Position numbers and translations under genes: made by a program | Shown here: piece after piece, positions 33,098-41,822 of the stretch | Layout of the letters: every line of letters begins with the position of its first letter | Position numbering within the stretch: the stretch's first letter is position 1 | NCBI GenBank assembly: GCA_016284885.1 | Contig: JAEEPQ010000001.1 | Coordinates: forward strand, 1,570 to 65,569 | Direction: 5' to 3' | From: Desulfovibrio sp. | GTDB lineage: Bacteria; Desulfobacterota; Desulfovibrionia; Desulfovibrionales; Desulfovibrionaceae | DNA: 64,000 nucleotides | Notes under the pieces: model-generated | Told to the model about the DNA's origin: nothing | The model's database searches: none | The model's input: only the letters and a program-made list of their open reading frames with translations

Positions 33098-34924
33098 ATG
33101 TGCGGCATCATAGGCTATTCCGGTCACCGTCCCGCCGTTCCCGTCGTCATAGAGGGCCTGCACCACCTGGAGTACCGCGGCTACGATTCAGCCGGCGTCG
33201 CTTCCGTGCAGAGCAGCGATTTCGAGATAGTCCGCGCCAAGGGCAAGCTTTCCGCCCTTGAGGACGAGCTGAGCAGGCGTCGCCCTTCCACCGCCACCAC
33301 AGGCATGGGGCACACGCGCTGGGCCACCCACGGCGAGCCCGCCGTGCGCAACGCCCACCCGCACGAGAGCAACGACGGCACTCTCGCCATCGTCCACAAC
33401 GGCATCATCGAGAACTATCTCGAGCTCAAGGCCGATCTCGAGGCCAAGGGCTATGCCTTCAGCTCCGAAACCGACACCGAGGTGCTGGTCAATCTTGTGC
33501 AGGAATGCCGCAAGGACGAGCCCGATCTGCTCAAGGCCTTCGCCAAGGCGCTGCGCCTGGCCAAGGGCGCCTACGCTGTCTGCCTCATGAGCCGCGAGAA
33601 GCCCGGCGAGTTCTTGGCAGCCCGCATGTCGGCTCCCCTCATCATGGGCATAGGCACGGGCGAGTTCTTCGTGGCTTCCGACATTCCCGCCTTTCTGCCC
33701 TACACCCGCCAGGTCGTCTTCCTGGAGGACGGGGAGATGGCCAGAGTGGACTGCCGGGGCTACCAGATCTATGCCATCAAAGATCTCTCCCCCGTGAGCC
33801 ACGAGGTCATGACCATCGAGTGGGACATGCAGTCCGCCCAGAAGGGTGGCTACCGCCACTTCATGCTCAAGGAGATCTTCGAGCAGCCCCGCGTTGTCGC
33901 CGACGGCCTCGCCGGTCGCGTGGCCCGGGGATCTGGCGTGGTGCGCCTGCCCGAGCTCGACGCCCTGCCCGTGCCCGAGCGGCTGCACGTCGTCGCCTGC
34001 GGCACCTCCTACCATGCCGGCCTCTGGGGCCGCTACCTCATCGAGCAGTGGGCCGGCATCCCCGTGCAGGTGGAGATAGCCTCCGAGTTCCGCTACCGCG
34101 AAAAGCTCCTGCTGGGCCCCCGCGACATGGTGCTCGTCATCAGCCAGAGCGGCGAGACGGCGGACACCCTGGCAGCGCTGCGTATTGCCAAGGAGCAGGG
34201 CGTGCCCCTGCTTGGCCTGTGCAACGTCGTCGGCTCCTCCATTGCCCGCGAGGCGGACTCCGTCGTCTTCACCCAGGCCGGCCCTGAGATCAGCGTCGCC
34301 TCCACCAAGGCCATGTGCAGCCAGATGCTCATGCTGGCCCTCATGGCCCTCTCCTGGAGCGCCCGCAAGGGCACCACGGACGAAGCCTTCAGGGCCGGCA
34401 TCGTCGACGGCCTGCTTGATCTTCCGAAGATGCTCGAAGAGGCGCTGCCCGGCATGCACGCCCGGGCACGCGAGCTCTCCCGCAAGTACTCGGGCGCCAA
34501 GAACTTCTTCTACCTCGGTCGCGGGCACTGCTTCCCGCTGGCGCTGGAGGGCGCGCTCAAGCTCAAGGAGCTCTCCTATATCCACGCCGAGGGCTACGCC
34601 TCAGGCGAGATGAAGCACGGCCCCATTGCGCTCATCGACCGCAGCTTCCCCACCTTCGCCATCGCCCTGGACGACGACCTGCTTCCCAAGGTCAAGTCCA
34701 ACATGGTTGAAATACAGGCCCGCCAGGGACGCGTCATCGCCCTCGCCAACGAGGGCTGCGATCTCGGGGCGGACGACGTCTGGACAGTCCCGGACGCCGG
34801 CAAGCCCCTCTCCGCCTTCTTCGTGCTGCCGGCGCTCCAGCTGTTCAGCTACGAGACCTCGGACTACCTGGGCAAGGATGTCGACCAGCCCAGAAACCTG
34901 GCCAAGAGCGTTACTGTCGAGTAG
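33098..34924 (+). CDS. glmS: Glutamine--fructose-6-phosphate aminotransferase
   Basis: MCGIIGY N-terminal Cys. Two SIS domains. C-terminal KSVTVE. Confidence 0.95.
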   Translation: MCGIIGYSGHRPAVPVVIEGLHHLEYRGYDSAGVASVQSSDFEIVRAKGKLSALEDELSRRRPSTATTGMGHTRWATHGEPAVRNAHPHESNDGTLAIVHNGIIENYLELKADLEAKGYAFSSETDTEVLVNLVQECRKDEPDLLKAFAKALRLAKGAYAVCLMSREKPGEFLAARMSAPLIMGIGTGEFFVASDIPAFLPYTRQVVFLEDGEMARVDCRGYQIYAIKDLSPVSHEVMTIEWDMQSAQKGGYRHFMLKEIFEQPRVVADGLAGRVARGSGVVRLPELDALPVPERLHVVACGTSYHAGLWGRYLIEQWAGIPVQVEIASEFRYREKLLLGPRDMVLVISQSGETADTLAALRIAKEQGVPLLGLCNVVGSSIAREADSVVFTQAGPEISVASTKAMCSQMLMLALMALSWSARKGTTDEAFRAGIVDGLLDLPKMLEEALPGMHARARELSRKYSGAKNFFYLGRGHCFPLALEGALKLKELSYIHAEGYASGEMKHGPIALIDRSFPTFAIALDDDLLPKVKSNMVEIQARQGRVIALANEGCDLGADDVWTVPDAGKPLSAFFVLPALQLFSYETSDYLGKDVDQPRNLAKSVTVE

Positions 34925-34937
34925 CCCGACAGGACAG

Positions 34938-34973
34938 GCGCCGCCCCTTCCGGCAACAGGGAAGGGGCGGCGC
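34938..34973. terminator. Bidirectional GC hairpin between glmS and cls
   Basis: Perfect 14-bp stem GCGCCGCCCCTTCC-ggcaacag-GGAAGGGGCGGCGC, then TCTCATTTCTG. Confidence 0.65.
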
Positions 34974-34996
34974 TCTCATTTCTGCCTCCGCGCGGG

Positions 34997-36421
34997 CTAC
35001 AGATAGGGCGAGAAGAGCCAGCAGGCTGCATTGCGCAGCTTCTGCAGGGTGCTGAAGGACTGGATCCTCTCCAGCGTCATCTCCTCGGCGTCCTTTGCCT
35101 TGCCGTCGATGTGGGCTTCCATGAGGCGAGCGAAGGAGGCGCTGAAGACTTCCGTGTTCAGCTCGAAGTTGAGCCGCAGGCTCCTCGAGTCGAGATTGGC
35201 CGAGCCTATCTGGCAGTAGTAGCCGTCGATGGCCAGCAGCTTGGTGTGGGCGAAGGGCGGCTTCTGGTGGAAGATGCGCACGCCTGCCTGGAGCAGAGTC
35301 TCCATGAGCCGCAGGCTCGCCCAGTGGACCAGCGGCATGTTGTTCTTTGCCGGGAGCACTATCCTGACGTCGATCTCCTTCTGCGCAGCGGACCGCAGGG
35401 CAGCCATGATTTCGCGCGTGGGCAGAAAGTAGGGCGTCATGATGCGCACGGACTTTTCGGCGCCCGAGATGGCTCCGGCAATGAGATCGTTGAGGGGATC
35501 CAAGCCGCCGCCCGGGCCGTCCAGCACGATGCGGCACCAGCAGGAACCGCTGGCGTCGTGGCAGATGATGGGCAGAGTCTTGTCGTAGGTGCCCGTGACG
35601 AAGCCCCAGTCCATGAGGAAGGCCCGGATCAGCTCGCCGGCGACGGGCCCCTGGCAGCGGAAGTGCATGTCCTGGACGAAAGCCTGCGGGGCGTCCTCCC
35701 GCATGACATGGTAGTCGGCGATGTTCATGCCGCCGGTGAAGCCCGTGTCGTCGCAGACGAGCACCTTGCGGTGGTTGCGCAGGTTGATGGAGAGCAGCGG
35801 CGGAAAGAGCTTGGGTGGCAGGAAGAAGGCCACCTTGACGCCTGCCTCCTTCAGCTTCTGGGCAGGCGTGGAAAGAGAGTAGGCGCGTCCCACGCCGTCG
35901 ATGATCACGCGCACGTCGCAGCCCCGGGCGTGGGCTTCCTTCAGGGCCTCAACGAAGCGGTCGGCGATGACGCCCGAGGAGAAGATGTAGGTCGAGAGGA
36001 AGACGTGGCGCTGGGCCTGGCGTATGGCGGAAAGCATGGCCGGATAGGCGGTGTTGCCGTTGACGAGGGGCGTTATGGCATTGCCTCCGGCAACGGGCTG
36101 GCCTGTGAGGTGGAGGCCTGGCTTGGCCATGCGCAGGATGCTGGCCGGAAGATTCTCAAGTTCCGACGGCCTCGGCGCGGGGTGCGCGTAGCCAGGCTCC
36201 CTTGATGCGATGGCGCGCATGAGTCTGGAGGCCCTGCTCTGCGTCCTGCCTATGCCGAAGAGGGCGTAGAGGAGGACGCCGAGCACCGGCACCATGAGGC
36301 AGATGGCGGACCAGCCGAAGGCGGATCGCGGATCGCGCTTGGTCATGAGCACATGGAAAACGGCGCCCCATGCCAGCAGATGAAAGCACAGGACGCCGAT
36401 CTGTACGGAAAGAAGGAGCAA
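34997..36421 (-). CDS. cls: Cardiolipin synthase (PLD superfamily)
   Basis: Two HKD motifs (HRKVLVCDD...GGMN and HTKLLAIDG...GSANLD) and two N-terminal TM helices. The track ORF runs to 36586 but overlaps usp. A TTG at 36421, 8 nt after the usp stop, is a plausible start but uncertain. Confidence 0.85.
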   Translation of the reverse strand: MLLLSVQIGVLCFHLLAWGAVFHVLMTKRDPRSAFGWSAICLMVPVLGVLLYALFGIGRTQSRASRLMRAIASREPGYAHPAPRPSELENLPASILRMAKPGLHLTGQPVAGGNAITPLVNGNTAYPAMLSAIRQAQRHVFLSTYIFSSGVIADRFVEALKEAHARGCDVRVIIDGVGRAYSLSTPAQKLKEAGVKVAFFLPPKLFPPLLSINLRNHRKVLVCDDTGFTGGMNIADYHVMREDAPQAFVQDMHFRCQGPVAGELIRAFLMDWGFVTGTYDKTLPIICHDASGSCWCRIVLDGPGGGLDPLNDLIAGAISGAEKSVRIMTPYFLPTREIMAALRSAAQKEIDVRIVLPAKNNMPLVHWASLRLMETLLQAGVRIFHQKPPFAHTKLLAIDGYYCQIGSANLDSRSLRLNFELNTEVFSASFARLMEAHIDGKAKDAEEMTLERIQSFSTLQKLRNAACWLFSPYL

Positions 36422-36428
36422 GGATTGC

Positions 36429-36857
36429 CTACTTGCGGACGGAGAGCAGGTCGATGTCGGTGTTCTTGAGGACGCGCTGGGTGATGGAACCGAAGACCAG
36501 CTCGGAGATGTTCTGCACGCCGTCGGTGAACATGACGATGAGGTCAGCATCCTCCTCCTGGGCAGTCTTGACGATGGTGTCGGCAATGACGCCGTTGCGC
36601 ACGAGCAGTCTGTACTTGACGTTCTTGGATTCGAGGAAGTCCTTGACCGGCTGCAGGCGGCTCTTGCCGTGCGCTTCGTCCTCTTCCTTCTGCTTCTTGC
36701 GGTCTATGCCCGCCACCAGCTGGGAGCCTTGGGCTTCAACGTGGAGCAGGAGGATTTCGCCGCCCTCGGCCAGCAGGGGCACGGCCTGGGTAGAGGAGCG
36801 GATGGCCCTCCAGGCGCCTTCACGGCCTTCGACGGGGATAAGAATCTTGTTGTACAT
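36429..36857 (-). CDS. Universal stress protein (UspA family)
   Basis: MYNKILIPVEG..., ADLIVMFTDG, GSITQRVLKNTDIDLL. Strong RBS TAAGGAGAAACCATG. Confidence 0.85.
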   Translation of the reverse strand: MYNKILIPVEGREGAWRAIRSSTQAVPLLAEGGEILLLHVEAQGSQLVAGIDRKKQKEEDEAHGKSRLQPVKDFLESKNVKYRLLVRNGVIADTIVKTAQEEDADLIVMFTDGVQNISELVFGSITQRVLKNTDIDLLSVRK

Positions 36858-36866
36858 GGTTTCTCC

Positions 36867-37166
36867 TTAGCGGTTGATCCGCAGTTCCTGGATTTTTCGC
36901 TCCACAGCGCCGCACAGCACGGGAAGCAGATCCTTGACGGCTGCGAAGTCCCTGGATCCGGCCGCCTGGCCGACCAGGAAGGCTATCTTTGCCAGCGCCC
37001 GCAGCTGCCAGGCTTTGGCGGTGCCGGAGATGGCCATGGAGGCCTCTTCGACGGCGGCGAGGTCGCCTGTGGCGAATCCTTGCCTGGCCTTGAGCGCGGC
37101 CTGGCTGAGTTCCTGTTCCAGAAGGGGGGCGTTGCCGCCTTCATCCCCGGTTAAAGTTTTTTTTTG
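36867..37166 (-). other. HPt-like coding frame (99 codons) with no start codon, in the -1 frame relative to the upstream sensor ORF
   Basis: Reads QKKTLTGDEGGNAPLLEQELSQAALKARQGFATGDLAAVEEASMAISGTAKAWQLRALAKIAFLVGQAAGSRDFAAVKDLLPVLCGAVERKIQELRINR*. It has protein-like composition. The helix pattern resembles HPt, with Met where the phospho-His sits (ASMAISGTA against AHxLKGSA). There is no ATG/GTG/TTG before the internal Met. Confidence 0.45.
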
Positions 37167-40100
37167 ACCGGCTGGCCAAAGTCCAGATCAAGGCTGAGTG
37201 AGCCGTTGTCCTGCTCCAGGGAGGCCTTGGGGGGCTGGCCCGGGGCAGGGGCTTCGCCGAAGAGGTCGGGAACGGCCTCTTCAGGCTCCGCTGGGCTCGG
37301 CGCGGCCGGGGGAAGCTTCCTTCCCAGCGCCTGCAGGGCTTCGCAGACGGTGCCGGCAAGGGCCTCCTCGTCCAGCGGCAGGGTCAGCGCGTGGGTGAAT
37401 CCGGCCTTGGCCAGTTCGTGCCACGTGCTTTCGTCCTGCGTGACGGCCAGAATGGTGGGCAGAGGCAGGCCACGGAGCCTGCATGCATTCTTGACGGCAT
37501 TCAGGGTGCCTGCAAGCTTGGGATCCGCGGAGCGTCCCTGCAGGATGAGCATGTCTGCCGGGCTGGTTTCATGCAGGTTGTAGAGGTCGCTGGCCGCCCT
37601 GGCAGTCCGCGCCTGGCATCCTAAACGGGAGAGGATGTTCTCGATTTGTACAGCAATGTTCGGATTGTCGGCAAGAAGTATTGTCTTGAGTCCATGGCTC
37701 TTGGCTTGGCCTGAGGGTCTGGCTTCAGGCGCCTGGGCAGGCTCCCTCGCCGGGGGCTGGGAGGCGTGGGGGGCCGGGTGAGGGCTGGCCTGCTGAACAG
37801 GCTGCTGGCCTGGAGCGGGCCTAGCCTGAGGCGCCTGAGACTGAGCTGCCGGGTCCGGCTGGCTGGGAGCGGGCTGGACCGCTTGGGCGGAAGGCATCGG
37901 CTCTGCGGGTCCGGCTGCCTGGCCTGTCTGGGCTGGCTGGTCTTGGGCGCTGTCGAGGCCCATGGTGAAGGTGACGCTGGTCTCGTCCTGCCGGCATTCC
38001 ATGCCGAGGCAGCCGCCTGCGGCGATGGCAAGCTCCCGTGCCTGCATGAGGGAGAGGGGATCGGGGATGCCGGCGCCCTTGCCGGAGGCAGCAATGGAGA
38101 AGAGGAGTTCGCCGGCATCGGAAGAGCCTTGCATGTGCTTGGCAGAACACCTCAGGCATCCTTTCTGCATGGCGCTGGCCGTGGTTTTGAGCAGGCTCTG
38201 GAGCACGCGCTCCAGCTCCCTGCCGTAGCCGGTGAAGTGCTGGCCGAGCGTGGGGGACATGTACCAGGAAAGCCCCACGCCGTTTCTGGCGCAGATTTCG
38301 GCAGCCGCGTCGTGGGCTTGCTGGAGCAGCTTCTGCAGTTCGAAGTCCTGCCTCGTGCGGTCGCAGGCCTTGGCTGCGCTGGCCTTGCCGTCCTTGACGA
38401 TGCCGGCAATGGCGCCTGCCGAGGAGAGGATGTCGTTGACGCGCTCCTTGGAGCTCGAGGGCAGGTTTTCAGAGGCTAGCGCCGAGGCGCTTTCCATGAT
38501 GTCCTTAACCGGCGCCTCGAGATAGGGGGCGTAGTGGGCCTTGGGATCATCCTTGGGATCAAGGGAGAGTTCTGCCGGCGCCTCGGGGGCGCTCGTTGCC
38601 TGGGCGCTCTGGAAAGGCTGCGCGGCTGCCGGCGCTGCCGGTGCGGTCGGCGCAGGCGGGATAGCGCCTTCCAGATTGAGGTCGAGGCTGCCGGCCGCTT
38701 GGCCTGTCTGGGCCGTCATGGCCGCCTGGCTGTCGAGGCTCAGGAATTCGTCTTTGGAAACGGTGGCTTGCCGTCGGGGCGCCTGGTCGAGGTTCGGCAT
38801 TGCGTCCCGGCCCCTTCGTCCTGCGCTTTCAAGCGGGGAGGGCTGGGGAAGGCCCATGACGACGAGGGCGCCGAGTGCCGTGCCCCAGAGCGGAAGGGCT
38901 GCCAGGAACTGGGGAGGATAGCCCGACTTCATGCCCACGATGCCGGCGCACACGGCAGCCGGCGGAATGATGGAGCCGAGCAGGAGCCTGAAGGAGCCGG
39001 CAAGCCCGCAGAGGCAGGCGGCCAGCGTGGTCGGAATGAAGAGGGCAAGGCCCAGGGGCCAGTATTCGGCGTAGCGGGAAACCCAGTGCATGTTGGGCAC
39101 GAGGGGCAGGAGCACCAGCGCCAGTCCCGGCAGGGAGAGGAGCAGGTACTGCCAGTCGAAGAGGCGCGAATTCTCGGCGCAGCGCATGAGCGTGCGCGCG
39201 GCCATGGGATAGAAGAAGAGAGCCAGTCCCGGCGCCACTAGGGCGCAGACGGTCTGCCAGTCCATGGGGCCGTTGACGGTGCGCACGCCAAGCCAGGCCT
39301 GGGCCAGGGCGCAGACGAGGTAGAGGAAGGCCCAGACGCGCCACTGCCCCTGCTCGCTTAAGGCGCGCAGCAGGCAGATGACGAGGACCACGGCCAGAAT
39401 GAGCATGGCGCCGGGCCGGTAGTAGCCTTCGAACGAGGTTGCGGCGTCCTGCGGGGTGCGCATCATAGGGGCGAACCAGACGCTCGGCATGCTGTCCGTG
39501 CGCAGGTAGCAGACGAGGGGGGTGGAGCCGGCTTCGGGCAGGAGCATGACGCCGCGCTTGCCGGGCAGGCTTTCCTTCCATTCGGCTGTTCCGTCGGCGC
39601 TGGGCAGGGGAGTGTAGAGCACGGCCCTGTCGTGGATGGCGTCGCCAAGGTCAAGCAGGTAGGTCTTGGGCTGTGCGCCCTCGGGCAGCTCCTGCAGGAT
39701 GAAGCGGAACCACACGGGGCCGGAGGTCGCGCCGGCAAGGCCCATCTGGCTCTTCTGCTGCAGATAGGGCTTGAAGGTGAGCTGGCCCGTGTCCTTGCCC
39801 AGATCCTCGAGCGTGGGCGCAGGCTGGGCCTGCTTGCCGGGCTGGCCCTGGACTGGCGTCTGGAGCTGCGGCTTGGGCCTGTCCACCATGGCGGCCTTGG
39901 CGATGTCCAGCCTTCCTTCGCTATCTGGCAGGATGAAGAGGTAAGGCGCGAGGTTCAGGTTCTCTTCCTTGAGCGTGCTCGGCACCATGTTCTGCAGGAA
40001 GGGATTGGCACGCGGCATGCCGGGATGGGCTGAAGCAGACTGGGCAAGCGAAGCAGGCTGGCCCGGGAGCTGGGGCGCGCCGTGGCGCTGTGCGCCTCGC

Positions 40101-40270
40101 CTGTCAGCATTGAGATCGATGAGGGGTGCAGGCTTCTGTTCGGCCTTGGCCGTCGGAGCGGGCTGGGCTGGAGGCGCCTTGGGCGCGGCCAGCGGGGCCT
40201 GCGCCGTCCATGCTAGAAGGAGAAAGGCGAGGAGGCTGAGGCTTGTACAGAGGAATTTGAGAGAGCGCAT
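37151..40270 (-). CDS. 7TM-DISM-type sensor, hybrid histidine-kinase-like (periplasmic DISMED2-like domain, 7TM, DHp/HATPase-like, REC-like)
   Basis: Signal peptide MRSLKFLCTSLSLLAFLLLAWTAQA. Periplasmic segment with WFRFILQ...VLYTP...LVCYLR. About 7 hydrophobic helices. A kinase-core-like region and a C-terminal receiver-like fold. Long Pro/Ala/Gln linkers. Confidence 0.75.
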   Translation of the reverse strand: MRSLKFLCTSLSLLAFLLLAWTAQAPLAAPKAPPAQPAPTAKAEQKPAPLIDLNADRRGAQRHGAPQLPGQPASLAQSASAHPGMPRANPFLQNMVPSTLKEENLNLAPYLFILPDSEGRLDIAKAAMVDRPKPQLQTPVQGQPGKQAQPAPTLEDLGKDTGQLTFKPYLQQKSQMGLAGATSGPVWFRFILQELPEGAQPKTYLLDLGDAIHDRAVLYTPLPSADGTAEWKESLPGKRGVMLLPEAGSTPLVCYLRTDSMPSVWFAPMMRTPQDAATSFEGYYRPGAMLILAVVLVICLLRALSEQGQWRVWAFLYLVCALAQAWLGVRTVNGPMDWQTVCALVAPGLALFFYPMAARTLMRCAENSRLFDWQYLLLSLPGLALVLLPLVPNMHWVSRYAEYWPLGLALFIPTTLAACLCGLAGSFRLLLGSIIPPAAVCAGIVGMKSGYPPQFLAALPLWGTALGALVVMGLPQPSPLESAGRRGRDAMPNLDQAPRRQATVSKDEFLSLDSQAAMTAQTGQAAGSLDLNLEGAIPPAPTAPAAPAAAQPFQSAQATSAPEAPAELSLDPKDDPKAHYAPYLEAPVKDIMESASALASENLPSSSKERVNDILSSAGAIAGIVKDGKASAAKACDRTRQDFELQKLLQQAHDAAAEICARNGVGLSWYMSPTLGQHFTGYGRELERVLQSLLKTTASAMQKGCLRCSAKHMQGSSDAGELLFSIAASGKGAGIPDPLSLMQARELAIAAGGCLGMECRQDETSVTFTMGLDSAQDQPAQTGQAAGPAEPMPSAQAVQPAPSQPDPAAQSQAPQARPAPGQQPVQQASPHPAPHASQPPAREPAQAPEARPSGQAKSHGLKTILLADNPNIAVQIENILSRLGCQARTARAASDLYNLHETSPADMLILQGRSADPKLAGTLNAVKNACRLRGLPLPTILAVTQDESTWHELAKAGFTHALTLPLDEEALAGTVCEALQALGRKLPPAAPSPAEPEEAVPDLFGEAPAPGQPPKASLEQDNGSLSLDLDFGQPVKKKL
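37157..37165 (-). repeat. A9 homopolymer (T9 on the + strand), one codon before the sensor stop codon
   Basis: Minus strand: GTC AAA AAA AAA CTT TAA, anchored on the track ORF end at 37151. Confidence 0.9.
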
Positions 40271-40348
40271 GGCTTAGTGTGTCCCTTGGCGCGCATGGCG
40301 CGCCGTGCAGCAAAAGAGGGAGAAGAGGCGTTGAAAAGGGAAGCGAGG

Positions 40349-41050
40349 CTAGGGCAGGGACTTCAGGAAGTCGGCAAGCGCCCTGCCGTCGGGCGCCCTG
40401 GCGCCGGGGCGCTGCTTGAGCAGGGCTTCCCAGACCCTGCGGCCGCCTTCCTTGTCCTTGAGATCGAAGTAGCGGACAACGCCGGCGTTGAACTGTGCGT
40501 TGGCATGGTCCGGCACCGCAGCCAGCGCCTTGTCGAAGGCCTTGAGGGCGTCGTCGTAGCGGCCGAGCGCCCTGTACATGATGCCGAGGTCGGTCCACAC
40601 GTCGGCGTTGGCGGGATCGAGGGCGAGGGCCCGTTCGTAGACCGGGACCGCCTCAGTCGGCCTGTCGGCATCAAAGTAGGCGTTGGCGAGCGCGATGAGC
40701 GCGTTCTTGTTGCTGGGATGGCTGGCTGCTTGGCTTTCCAGCGCCGCAATGGCGGAGCCGGCGTTGCGGCTGGCCTCGATCTGGGCCTGCTGGGCCTGCA
40801 GGGAGTCCCTGGTTGCGGGAGCCGCGGCCTGCGGTGCCGGCGCCTGGCTCTGCATCTGGCCCTGATCTATGGCCTGAAAGACAAGCGATCCGGCAAGCAG
40901 ACCGGCAAGGAAGGTGCAGGCTAGGATGAAGGCAAAGGCGCCGCGGCTGAGGCTGATGCGGCCTTTGCTGGCGCCGTCCTGACCTTGCGCGGGGCTGGCT
41001 GGTTCGGCATCCGCCTTGGAGAGAGGCCGCGTTCGTGGCTGCTTTGGCAT
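40349..41050 (-). CDS. Membrane-anchored TPR-repeat protein
   Basis: One TM helix (FAFILACTFLAGLLAGSLVF). TPR-like repeats (ALANAYFDADRPTEAVPVYERALALDPANADVWTDLGIMYRALGRYDDALKAFDKAL). Confidence 0.7.
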   Translation of the reverse strand: MPKQPRTRPLSKADAEPASPAQGQDGASKGRISLSRGAFAFILACTFLAGLLAGSLVFQAIDQGQMQSQAPAPQAAAPATRDSLQAQQAQIEASRNAGSAIAALESQAASHPSNKNALIALANAYFDADRPTEAVPVYERALALDPANADVWTDLGIMYRALGRYDDALKAFDKALAAVPDHANAQFNAGVVRYFDLKDKEGGRRVWEALLKQRPGARAPDGRALADFLKSLP

Positions 41051-41240
41051 GGGAACTCCGCGACGGCGGGCCGTCGAGTTGAAGCGTTTGTTGAACTTTT
41101 TTTCTACAACCCGCTATGCAAAGGATCAAGCGCCAGCGCAAGTCAAGATTCCGTCGCCGTGTCCTGGCGCGAATCTCCCTGGCAGGGCCAGAATCCTGCA
41201 GGAGCCGGGAGAGGACGGATGGCTGCGAAATCAGTGGAGC

Positions 41241-41822
41241 CTACGGCGTGGCGCCCTGCTCCTGCGCGAGCTTGGCAAGCTCCGCCTCAACGGTCTTCCG
41301 CTGTTCCGCCTCAAGGTCCGGCATCTCCAGCGCCCGCTTCCAGTGGGCCTCGGCCTTGGCATTGTCCTTGGCGTAGTAGCGGTAGACCATGCCGAGGCTG
41401 GCGCGCACGGCCGCCTGGTCCCTGATGGCAAGCGAGCGCTCCATGAGTTCGCAGGCCTCCTGCTCCCGGCCCTGCTGGTGCCTGAGGTAGCCGAGCAGAT
41501 AGGGCGGCATGGGGTTGGCGGCGTCAGCAGACATGGCTCTGCCAAGGAAGCCGGCTGCGGCGTCAGGCTGGCCCTGGGACATGAACTCCTGCGCCAGCTC
41601 GAGCAGGGCGTCCACGTTGCCCGGATTCTTCGCTGTTTCCGCCATGAGGGAGGAGATGCGGCTCTGCGCCGGGGAGATCTCGGCCTGCGCCTGCTGAGCC
41701 TGGGCCGGCAGGCGCTTCACGATGGAAGGCTGGGTGAAGCGGGCCCAGAGGGCGCAGGCCAGCATGGCGAGCACGCCCGCAAAGAGGAAGGCCAGGGCTG
41801 CCTGCTCACAGCGTCTTGTCAT
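41241..41822 (-). CDS. Membrane-anchored TPR protein, CcmI/NrfG-like (last gene of the ccm operon)
   Basis: TM helix ALAFLFAGVLAMLACALW followed by TPR repeats. The start overlaps the ccmD 3' end. Confidence 0.65.
   Translation of the reverse strand: MTRRCEQAALAFLFAGVLAMLACALWARFTQPSIVKRLPAQAQQAQAEISPAQSRISSLMAETAKNPGNVDALLELAQEFMSQGQPDAAAGFLGRAMSADAANPMPPYLLGYLRHQQGREQEACELMERSLAIRDQAAVRASLGMVYRYYAKDNAKAEAHWKRALEMPDLEAEQRKTVEAELAKLAQEQGATP

Noticed and set aside
31147-33111. 654-aa ORF on the - strand
   Set aside because: Antisense to the ppiD-like gene. The same reasoning applies to 43938-45875 (+), 7086-8807 (-), 29596-31143 (-), 33188-34585 (-) and 4656-5813 (-).
36422-36586. N-terminal extension of the cls ORF
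   Set aside because: Overlaps usp in another frame with Ser/Pro/Thr/Arg-rich sequence. The first Cls TM helix starts downstream.
36986-37144. ATG-initiated 52-codon ORF right after the sensor stop (MKAATPPFWNRNSARPRS...)
   Set aside because: Arg/Pro/Ser-rich off-frame composition. The alternative frame over the same DNA encodes the HPt-like sequence.
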